Shown here: positions 53,550-64,000 of the stretch, piece after piece
How the letters are laid out: each line of letters begins with the position of its first letter
Position numbering within the stretch: position 1 is the stretch's first letter
From: Anaeramoeba ignava BMAN
Taxonomy: Eukaryota > Protista > Anaeramoebae
Reading direction: 5' to 3'
NCBI GenBank assembly: GCA_028826165.1
Contig: JAPDFW010000119.1
Span: 62,001-126,000, forward strand
Length of the DNA: 64,000 nt
The notes under the pieces: model-generated
What the model saw: only the letters and a program-made list of their open reading frames with translations
Databases searched by the model: none
Told to the model about the DNA's origin: nothing
Program-made: the position numbers and the translations under genes

Positions 53550-56500
53550 ATGAATATTTGGCAAATATTAGAAAAAAATGATATCAAATTATTAAATCAA
53601 ATAGAATTCATTCCAAAAGCAAATTTAGTAAAAAAAGACAAAACATGTTTACATTTTGCTTGTAAAAAGAATTCTATTGAAATTATTCAATTCTTAATTA
53701 ATAAAGGAATTGATATAAATGCAAAAACAAAAAATAATGAAAATTGTTTACATTTTGCTTGTAAAAAGAATTCTATTGAAGTTATTAAATTCTTAATTAA
53801 TAAAGGAGCTGATATAAATGCAAAAACAAAAAATAATTCAACATGTTTACATTTTGCTTGCCAAAATAATTCTATTGAAGTTATTCAATTTTTAATCAAT
53901 AAAGGACTTGATTTAAATGCAAAAACAAAAGATAATGAAAATTGTTTACATTTTGCTTGTAAAAAGAATTCTATTGAAGTTATTCAATTCTTAATTAATA
54001 AAGGACTTGATTTAAATACAAAAACAAAAAATAATTCAACATGTTTACATTTTGCTTGTAAAAAGAATTCTATTGAAATTATTCAATTCTTGATTAATAA
54101 AGGAATTGATATAAATGCAAAAACAAAAAATAATTTGAATTGTTTACATTTTGCTTGTCAAAATAATTCTATTGAAATTATTCAATTCTTGATTAATAAA
54201 GGACTTGATATAAATACAAAAACAAAAGAAGATGAAAATTGTTTACATTTTGCTTGTAAAAAGAATTCTATTGAAATTATTCAATTCTTGATTAATAAAG
54301 GACTTGATTTAAATGCAAAGAACAAAAGATAATGAAAATTGTTTACATTTTGCTTGTCAAAATAATTCTATTGAAATTATTCAATTCTTAATCAATAAAG
54401 GAATTGATTTAAATACAAAAACAAAAAATAATGAAAATTGTTTACATTCTGCTTGTAAAAATAATTCTATTGAAATTATTCAATTCTTGATTAATAAAGG
54501 AATTGATTTAAATGCAAAAACAAAAAATAATTCAACATGTTTACATTTTGCTTGTCAATTTAATTCTATTGAAGTTATTCAATTTTTAATCAATAAAGGA
54601 ATTGATTTAAATGCAAAAACAAAAGAAGATGAAAATTGTTTACATTTTGCTTGTCAATTTAATTCTATTGAAATTATTCAATTTTTAATCAATAAAGGAC
54701 TTGATATAAATGCAAAAACGCATTACAATTTGTCAGCATTACATTACTCTTCTTTCAATAACTCAAAAGAAGTTATTAAATTCTTGATTGATAAAGGAAT
54801 CGATATAAATACAAAAACAAAAGAAGATGAAAATTGTTTACATTTTGCTTGTCAAAATAATTCTATTGAAATTATTCAATTCTTAATTAATAAAGGAATC
54901 GATTTAAATGCAAGAACAAAAGATAATGAAAATTGTTTACATTTTGCTTGTCAAAATAATTCTATTGAAGTTATTAAATTCTTAATTGATAAAGGACTTG
55001 ATATAAATGAAAAAATAAAAAATAATTCAACATGTTTACATTTTGCTTGTCAATATAATTCTATTGAAGTTATTAAATTCTTGATTGATAAAGGACTTGA
55101 TATAAATGCAAAAACAAAAAATAATTCAACATGTTTACATTCTGCTTGTCAATTTAATTCTATTGAAGTTATTCAATTCTTAATTGATAAAGGACTTGAC
55201 ATAAATGCAAAAACAAAAAATAATTTGAATTGTTTACATTCTGCTTGTCAATTTAATTCTATTGAAGTTATTCAATTCTTAATTGACAAAGGACTTGATA
55301 TAAATGAAAAAACAAAAAATAATTCAACATGTTTACGTTTTGCTTGTGAATATAATTCTATTGAAGTTATTAAATTCTTGATTGATAAAGGAGCTGATAT
55401 AAATTCAAAAACAAAAAACAATGAAAATTGTTTACATTCTGCTTGTAAAAATAATTCTATTGAAATTATTAAATTCCTAATTGAAAAAGGACTTGATATA
55501 AATGAAAAAACAAAATTTGATACATCACCTTTTCATCTTGTCTGCCAATATAATTCTATTGAAGTTATTAAATATTTAGTTGAGAAAGGAGCTGATATAA
55601 ATGCATATACTTATTGGAAAGAAACACCTTTATATTTTGCTTGCCAATATAATTCTATTGAAGTTATCGAATATTTGGTTAATAAAGGAGCTGATATAAA
55701 TGAAAAAACAAAATTTGATACATCACCTTTGCATCTTGTCTGCCAATATAATTCTATTGAAGTTATTAAGTATTTAGTTGAGAAAGGAGCTGATATAAAT
55801 GCGAAAAAAAAACATAATTTAAATTGCTTACATTTAGCTTGCCAATATAATTCACAACTTGAAATTATAAAATATTTAGTTGATAAAGGGATTGATATAA
55901 ATGAAAAAACAGAAAATGATTTGAATTGCTTACATTTAGTTTGTCAATATAATCCACAACTTGAAATTATCAAGTATTTATTTGAGAAAGGGATTGATAT
56001 AAATGCAAAAACAACCCAAAACAAAACAGCCATTTCAATACTTATTGAATTGAAAAATCAAAATGGCATCAAGTTTTTATTAATGAATGGCGCAGATATT
56101 ACAGACTTGGAAAAAGAAAAATTTACAAATGAATTTACTGAAATGCTTATGAAAGTTTATTCAATTAACCAAGATTTGAATAACTTGCTAAATTCACAAG
56201 AAGATTTCTTCGATTTCCAAATCAAATGCAAAGATTCTTTCCATTTTCATCTCCATAAATTGATTTTATTATTAAGATTTGATAGCAATAACACAATTTT
56301 ACAAAAATTTATCAACATTTGCCAACAAAAACCAAAAGAAGATGTTCAACTTGCTTTGAATTTTATTTACACTGGGTTTTTTGATTTGGATCAATTCCAA
56401 AAATTAATCAACGAAAATGAAATCATTTCAACATTTTTCAAAGAAATTGGATTGGATTCAAATTGGATTGAATCAAAAAAAGGAAGAAAAGGAATAATAA

Positions 56501-56811
56501 AAGATTTATCCAATTTATATCAACAAAACGAAACAAAAGATTTTACAATCATTTGCGAAGAAAAAGAAATCAAGGCTCATAAACTCATTTTATTCGCAAG
56601 AAGTGAATTATTTAAGGGAATGTTTTTAAATGTTCAAGATCCATCCAATAAAGTTCATGATTATTCAGGAAAATCATTTGAAACAATTCAACAATTGGTT
56701 TATTTTCTTTATCATGATCAATTTGATGAAACAAAAGAAATCAAAGAAGAATTTGAAGATTTGAAAGATTATTATCAATTAAATCAAAATTCAATAATTG
56801 ATTTAATTTGA
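53550..56811 (+). CDS. Ankyrin-repeat (~25 x 33 aa) + tandem BTB protein; 1-nt frameshift at ~54318
   Basis: Near-identical 99-bp units (CLHFACxxNSIEIIQFLINKGxDxNAKTK); BTB motifs HLHKLIL and KAHKLILFARSELFKGMF. AATGCAAAGAACA has one extra A compared with AATGCAAGAACA at 54907. Confidence 0.93.
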
Positions 56812-56870
56812 AAATTTATAAAGAAAAAAAGAAATGTTTGATTTTTTTGTTTCATTTTCGTTTTATTGGT

Positions 56871-59800
56871 TCATTTTTTTGAAGCTTTTAATTGATTTTG
56901 GAAATTCTCAATATTCAATAAAGATTTGAATTGGAAATAAACTTCTTCTTTTTCATTTAATTTAAGTTTCAAAAGAGGTTTTAAATTTGAAAAACGAAAA
57001 ACAAGATTTTCAATTAAAAAAGTGGATTCTTCTTTAGGAGTTGCAATAACAAGAGAAATATCATCAACAAGCAAGAAAACCTTGTTTAAAATTTTGTTGC
57101 AAGAAGAACGCAAAACGCGAGCCAAAAAAAAGTTGCTTCGAATTTGGTTGAAAAAATGAATAAATTGAGTCAAAATTTGAGGATCAATCAATTCAAATGC
57201 AATTTTTGTAGCTTCAGAACGCAGAATAATCATCTCCTCCTTTTGAATCAGATACAAAGATGGATCGGAGAATCGGAATTGCTTGACAATTTTGTTTTGC
57301 ACTTTGCAGATGATGATTTTATGCTGATGGAAAATAACATGTCCTTTGATTTGATATTTTTTAGTAATAAAATTTGATTTGAATATTTTATTTTGAGAAT
57401 CGTTTTGATATTCATCATTTTTTTGCGAGGAATCCTGCTCAGCTTCAACCTCTTCCATTTCAATTCCAAATGTCTCTGATTGAGTATTTGTGTTGTGAGT
57501 ATTTTCTTGATTTTTGTTCTCAATTTCATTGATTTCGATCAAATTATCTTCCATTTCTTGATATTTATGCGCATTTTTTTCAAAACTTGAAACGAGATTT
57601 TTGGATCGAATAATTTCTGCAAAAGATTGAATAAATTTATCTTTTTGTGCTTCTTCTGGAAAAGATATTTTGAATAACCGAGAAAATTTGGATAATTTTG
57701 TTCGAATTAAAAACAAATTTGGTTTTTTTGGATGAATAAAAAGAAGGCAATTGGAAGAGTATAAAAACTCGAAATAGGAATGTGGGAATTTCTCAAATGA
57801 AATGGAGAAGAAGGTGTCATTCAATTCAATTGATGCATTTTGTTTTTCAGAATTTGCAATGTTTGCGAAAATTTGGATCGAAAAAGAACTTGGAATTGTG
57901 ATTTTTGGTTTTGGATCACGAAATTCAATAAAATGAACCAAAACTAGTTTGAATTGGCTTGAAAACTCGTCTTTTGGCTCCAGATATGATTTGGATCGCT
58001 TATTTTTTTGGTCGAGAATCTTTTGGATCAACAAATTTTTTTGCGTTGAATTTTGACATTCAATGTTCATTTCGTGTTGATATTTTGAAGAGAAAAATTT
58101 GAGAGTTAAAGAGCGTTTTTCAAGAGGCGAAAAGAAGATCTCCAGCGCTTGATATGAAACCTTTCTTTGATTGCGACGGAAATGATAATGCAAATATGCT
58201 GGTTCTAGTCTTAGTTTTGTGGGTAAAACGACCTGCGTTTTTGTTACTAAATTCACATGAAATTCTTTTAATTGAAGCATTTGCCTTGAGTTTTTTAAGC
58301 AGAGCATAAACGCTTTTTTGTCCTCAATTTCAAAGAACTCGAAATAATAGCGTTGGCTTGAGTTGATCCATTCCAAAACATTTAAATTCTCAACAAAATA
58401 TTCAGAATGCAAAATGCAATCTTTTTCAACTTCAATAAAACTTCTTTTTTTTGTATCGAGATCATCCACTTCAATAATGGTTCCCGAGTGGATGATTTGG
58501 AATACTTTTGGAAGTGGCTTCTTTTCGTTGGGGTCAAACATTCTGATCCTGAAAAATTTTCTGGGAAGATCCAGACCAGGAATTTGTTGGAACGCGAGTT
58601 GCTGACTTTTTTCTTCAGACAAATTAGGCAATTTTGATTGGATTGAGAAATCAACCAATTTGTCACCAGCTTCTTTTGGTGGCATACTTACTGAATCCAT
58701 GAGAGAAAATATCTTTTTGAGCTTCCCAAATCTCTTCATAAACAAAATTCTGTTTTCTTCTGAGTCAAAACGAATAAAGATTTTTTCTTCATCAAATACA
58801 AAGAAAACCTCGCAATTTCGAGTGTAATCAACAAGCGGTTTAATTTGCGTGAGATTGAAGTCTCTTTCCATGTTTCCTTTTGTGATTAAAATTACGACTT
58901 TTCTTTGTTGCGGTTTAATTTTGAGAATTCCTTTTACAAATTTTGTGTGATGTTGAAGTGTGACTTGTATTGGATAGCTTGATCCATACTTGATAATCTG
59001 AGGAAACGCTGCGAGAATTTGCTGAATGCTTTTTTCCGAATCAAATACTTTCATTGTCTGAACAAAATTATTTTTTATAGATGAATTTTCAAACTGAAAA
59101 TGAAGTTCGGAAAAATTCCCCAATTTTTGGAATCTAATTTTAACATCTGAATCTGTGTTTTTGTGAGGCAATTCCTCACGATTCGGCAAGTGATATTTCG
59201 CAAATATCCCAAATTGGTTCAAAACAAGAAGTGAGTCGAGCTTGAAAACAAGTGTTTGATTTTCCATTATTATTCCTTCTTGTGATATTGTTGATATAAA
59301 CTTATTTTCCTTTTCTTCAATTTTGGAGAAGAAATAATCCTCTGCATCCAAATATAAAAGAAACTGCCTTTGATTGAACTCTAACATTTGCCGCGTATCC
59401 TCTGCCTTTTTGCTGCTAGAAAAAACAAGGGCGATAGAAAAGTCTTTTGAAATTTTAATCATCAATTCATTTGATTCATTTCCTTTGTTTTTATCATCAA
59501 TATAAAACTCCATTAATTGCGTGTATTGCAAAGGAAAAACACAAGGTTTTGCATTCTTCTCCTTCGGATTTTCATCTTCATTTTGCATTTGATTATAGGA
59601 GTCATAAGTGATGATGTAAATAAGATCTGGCGAAACAACAATTGATCCACTTTCGATTTTTGATTCATTTGTTTTGATTAAGCACTTCTTTGTTTCGTAC
59701 AGATTTTCATTGCTAAACCAATTCTTGATAAATTGGTTCGAACGTTTCCGCAAAATTTCCAATTGCAATCCAAAAGAAACCGTTTCTTCAAAACTTGAGA

Positions 59801-61212
59801 AACGAAGTGAAACAAAATACTTTTCATCAATTTGGAATATTATATCTTTTCCTCCAAAAAAAGGGTATTCTATATGTGAATATATCGAGTATTTCCTTGA
59901 AATGCTGATATTTTTATTGAAAATATTGAAATGATTTCTATTGAAAACAACTTCAACTTTCCCTTGTTCAGATCCAATTGAATTGAGCAGAATTGGGTTG
60001 AAATGTGGATTTTGGATTCCAGAACATTCTAACTGATAAGTTAATATTAGAGGGATAAAACTTGTTTCATTCTGTAAAGTTTCTCTTTTAAGTTTGTGAT
60101 CAAATATACTTTGATATTTATTCGTTTTTAAATTTGGATTGGAAATTGAATTACTTGCCATTTTTGAATGTATTTCTGGCATACTTGAATGAATTGAGCT
60201 TCGAACAAGTGAAATATTATTTTCTTGATTTGATTTCTTTCCGTGTTTTTCCTTTTCAACAGATTTTTGTTGATAAAAAATTAGATAAAGATTGACAAGG
60301 ATATCTCTTTGTCTTGAATTTTTCATTTCAATTAAAAATGATAAATCAGAATCAATTCTTATCATCAAATTCGATAAATTTGTTTTATCAAGAAAGAAAT
60401 GAATGGCTTTTTCGTAATTAAATTGGTGCTTTTCATTTCGGGTTTTGTTTTGGATTGTGAATTGATTTGGTGATATTTGGATATTTCCTTGATTTTTATT
60501 TTTTTTGTGATTTTTTTGATATGAAATGATTCTGATAGAAAATTTCTTTTTTTTCTTCAATAAAATTTGGGAAATCTTGTTCTGCAAATACATTTTTTGC
60601 TGAATGTTTGATTCCTGCATGATTTGTGATTTGATCATAAAATCATGCAAATTGGAAAGTGAAGATTCAAGTGATTGAATGACTTCAATTTCTTTATCAC
60701 TTGCGAATTGAGTAAAAGTGAAAAAGTGGTTTAAATTGTTTTGATTTTCTTTTTTCAATTGATCCCTGTTTGTTTTTGCTTTGTTTATTTTTGATCATTG
60801 GAATAAACTGTTCGTTTCCTGTTTCTTTTCTTTGTTTTTTGGAAATTTCTCTTATTCTTGTTATTAATTCCAAAAAAATTCTCATTTGATCTTCTTTATC
60901 AATTTTTTTTGAATCAATTAAATATTCATTTTCAATTCCAAATGAAATACAAGCTTTATTAAGAAGATCTATTAATTCTTCAATATTTTTTTTATGACTT
61001 ATTTGTTTTTTTTTTGTTAAATCAAAAAGGAAAAAAAAAGGATTTGAATAAAATGAATAAAGTTACTTTTTAATTTCTTGAATTGAAATTAATTTTGAAA
61101 TTTTATTCATTGCTAAACATAAATTTTGAATAATTTTTGCTGTATTTTGTTGAGGAGTGACAAGTTTTTTTGTTATATTACTTAGCCATTCAAAAGCAAA
61201 TAAAATTTCCAT
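56871..61212 (-). CDS. Large protein with a degenerate calponin-homology-like N-terminus and ~10 tandem PH-like modules; intron 61066-60998, frameshift near 60750-60790
   Basis: Exons 1-2 read MEILFAFEWLSNITKK..NLCLAMNKISK..|..KNIEELIDLLNKACISFGIENEYLID..; the 1295-aa ORF has recurring ~85-100 aa beta-rich units ending in F-x-S/D-x3-R/K-x2-F helices. Confidence 0.65.
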
Positions 61213-61360
61213 TATTTAAAAAAGGAAAAAAATGAAAAGGAAAAAAAAAATCAATTTTCGCAAAATTTGGGAAAATTGAAATCAGTAAAACAAAGCAAAA
61301 CAAAATAAAATAAAATAAAACAAAACAAAACAAAGCAAAACAAAACAAAATTGATTTGCC

Positions 61361-62795
61361 ATTTTTTATATTTATTTGTTAAATATTTAAATAATAAAAT
61401 ATTTAAATCTAAAACATTAAATTATTATTTTAATAATAAAATTAAATATTAAATTATATTTTTAAATTAATTTATAAATTAAATATTAAATTAAATCTAT
61501 TCTTATTTTTTATATTTATATGTTAAATATTTAAATAATAAAATATTTAAATCTAAAACAACAAATTATTATTTTAATAATAAAATTAAATATTAAATTA
61601 TATTTTTAAATTAATTTATAAATTAAATATTAAATTAAACCTATTCTTATTTTTTATATTTATATGTTAAATAATTAAATAATAAAATATTTAAATCTAA
61701 AACATTAAATTAATATTTTAATAATGAAATTAAATATTAAATTATATTTTTAAATTAATTTATAAATTAAATATTAAATCAAATTTATTCTTATTTTTAT
61801 ATTTATTTGTTAAATATTTTAAATAATAAAATATTTAAATCTAAAACAATAAATTATTATTTTAATAATGAAATTAAATATTAAATTATATTTTTTAAAT
61901 TAATTTTATAAATTAAATATTAAATCAAATCTATTCTTATTTTTTATATTTATATGTTAAATATTTTAAACAATAAAATTATTTAAATCTAAAACATTAA
62001 ATTATTATTTTAATAATAAAATTGAATATTAAATTATATTTTTAAATTGATTTATAAATTAAATATTAAATTAAATCTATTCTCATTTTTTATATTTTTA
62101 TGTTAAATATTTAAATAATAAAATATTTAAATCTAAAACAATAAATTAATATTTTAATAATGAAATTAAATATTAAATTATATTTTTAAATTAATTTATA
62201 AATTAAATATTAAATTAAATCTATTCTCATTTTTTATATTTATTTGTTAAATATTTAAATAATAAAATATTTAAATTTAAAACAATAAAATTATTTTCAA
62301 TAATAAAATTAAACATTAAATTATATTTTTAAATTGATTTATAAATTAATATTAAATTAAACCTATTCTTATTTTATGTTAAATAAAATATTTAAATCTA
62401 AAACATTAAATTAATATTTTAAAATAAAATTAAACATTAAATTATATTTTTAAATTGATTTATAAATTAAATATTAAATTAAATCTATTTTCATTTTTTA
62501 TATTTATTTGTTAAATATTTAAATAATAAAATATTTAAATCTAAAACATTAAATTAATATTTTAATAATAAAATTAAATATTAAATTATATTTTTAAATT
62601 AATTTATAAATTAAATATTAAATTAAATCTATTCTTATTTTTTATATTTATATGTTAAATAATTAAATAATAAAATATTTAAATCTAAAACATTAAATTA
62701 TTATTTTAAACATAGAATTAAATATTAAATTATATTTTTAAATTATTTTATAAATTAAATATTAAATTAAATCTTATTCTTATTTTTTATATTTT
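61361..62795. repeat. 144-bp unit AT-rich tandem satellite, about 10 copies, intergenic
   Basis: Unit starts at 61361, 61505, 61649, 61793 and onward; landmarks TGTTAAATA, AAATCTAAAAC, CTATTCT; one shortened unit near 62370. Confidence 0.93.
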
Positions 62796-62879
62796 TAAAA
62801 TTATTAAAAATTAAATTGTGAATTAAGAGATTTAATGCTTCTTTTTATTGATTTGCTTTGACTTGTTTTATTTATTGAA

Positions 62880-64000
62880 TTATTTTTCAAAAATTTCATC
62901 AAAAACTTGTTGAAAAGTCTGAACAAAAACAGGAGAAATTCCTTGTTTTATAATAGGATTAATACGGTCCCACTCATTAATATTATCTCTTGGCAAGATG
63001 ACGAAAAAGATACCAGCACGTTTTGCAGCAATAACCTTTTCCTGCAAGCCACCAATTGGCAAAACTAAACCTGTCAAAGTGACTTCACCTGTCATAGCAT
63101 AACCAGGTTTAACAGGTTTTTGCATAGCAAGGGATAAAAGGGAAGTAACCATTGTGATGCCAGCAGAAGGGCCGTCTTTTGGAGCAGCGCCATGAGGGAT
63201 ATGCATATGAAGAGAACGTTCAAAATTTTTATTTTTTGGATCCAATTTATTCAAAAACTGTTTTGCAAAAGAAAAGGCAATTTGGGTGCTTTCTTTCATA
63301 ACATTGCCTAAGCGTCCTGTGATCTTCAGACTTCCTTGTTTGTGGTACATTGAGTCTTTCTTATCAGACTTTCCTTTGTTAATGATATTTGACTGAAGAT
63401 CGGAAAAAATTGTTTCGATGAAAATGACCGACCCACCATAAGGTGTCCAACTGAGACCAGGAACCACACCTGGGCCTGGATGGGGATATATGTTCTCATC
63501 CTGGAACTCTGGTTTTCCGAGGTAGTCCATAATTTTCTGTTCATCGAGTCTTACTTGAAAATCCATTCTTTTTTTTTGATCTAAATCAACATATTGAAGT
63601 GCTATTTTTCTAAATATTTTTTCAATTTGTTTTTCCAAGTTTCGAACACCTGCTTCTCGACAGTATTTGTCGATTATAAACTTGAGAATTTTGTCATCAA
63701 AAATTATTTTTGATTCTGGAATTGCAGTTTGAGTTGCAATTTTTGGAATTAAATATCGACTTGCAATTGCTTTTTTTTCATCTAAAACATAACCAGAAAG
63801 TAACATGATTTCGAGTCTATCTAATAAAGCTGGTGGAATTGTATTTGTTTGATTTGCTGTTACTATAAAGAGTATTTTGGATAAATCAAATGGGATATCA
63901 AGATAATGATCAAGAAATGAACTATTTTGAAGTGGATCCAAAACTTCAAGAAGTGCTGATGCTGGATCTCCTTTATAATTTGATCCAATTTTATCGATTT
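62880..64000 (-). CDS. LON: Lon protease (S16), C-terminal AAA part and protease domain, partial; probably the mitochondrion-related organelle type
   Basis: GDPASALLEVLDP.QN..F.DHYLD, LLDRLE, YCREAGVRNLEK, PKDGPSAG (catalytic Ser), TGEVTLTG..LPIGGLQEK (catalytic Lys); no C-terminal SKL. Confidence 0.96.
   Translation of the reverse strand, partial: IDKIGSNYKGDPASALLEVLDPLQNSSFLDHYLDIPFDLSKILFIVTANQTNTIPPALLDRLEIMLLSGYVLDEKKAIASRYLIPKIATQTAIPESKIIFDDKILKFIIDKYCREAGVRNLEKQIEKIFRKIALQYVDLDQKKRMDFQVRLDEQKIMDYLGKPEFQDENIYPHPGPGVVPGLSWTPYGGSVIFIETIFSDLQSNIINKGKSDKKDSMYHKQGSLKITGRLGNVMKESTQIAFSFAKQFLNKLDPKNKNFERSLHMHIPHGAAPKDGPSAGITMVTSLLSLAMQKPVKPGYAMTGEVTLTGLVLPIGGLQEKVIAAKRAGIFFVILPRDNINEWDRINPIIKQGISPVFVQTFQQVFDEIFEK

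Noticed and set aside
61361-62795. Possible CRISPR array
   Set aside because: Whole 144-bp units repeat with no unique spacers; eukaryotic context and no cas genes.

Overview
Very AT-rich, gene-dense eukaryotic (protist) DNA with GT-AG introns that are often inflated by A/T satellites. RCC1-BTB and ankyrin-BTB genes, a ScaA-like scaffold and N/E/Q hexamer repeats suggest an anaerobic amoeboid metamonad such as Anaeramoeba (inference, not proven). Left to right: tandem RCC1-BTB genes, IPK1, a small signal-peptide protein ending in KNDL, a PTEN-like phosphatase, a VWA protein, an ~11 kb RNF213/mysterin-like AAA+ gene bracketed by (ATTG)n tracts, a BSD protein, an alpha/beta hydrolase, a USP deubiquitinase and a ScaA-like scaffold. 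Next is a 14.5 kb minus-strand array, almost invisible in the ORF track, of seven 5-exon PSI-domain single-pass membrane genes plus one chimeric member. The window ends with an ankyrin-BTB gene, a CH plus multi-PH-like gene, a 144-bp satellite and the 3' part of a Lon protease. Top leads: (1) the PSI receptor-like array, whose copies look like exon-by-exon mosaics and include an in-frame fusion of a formin GBD-like N-terminus to the family tail exon; (2) the RNF213-like ATPase with both Walker B glutamates replaced and no visible RING/RZ finger; (3) recurring cis-motifs at starts, 3' splice sites and after stop codons. Many frameshifts lie in A-homopolymers and may be long-read errors.
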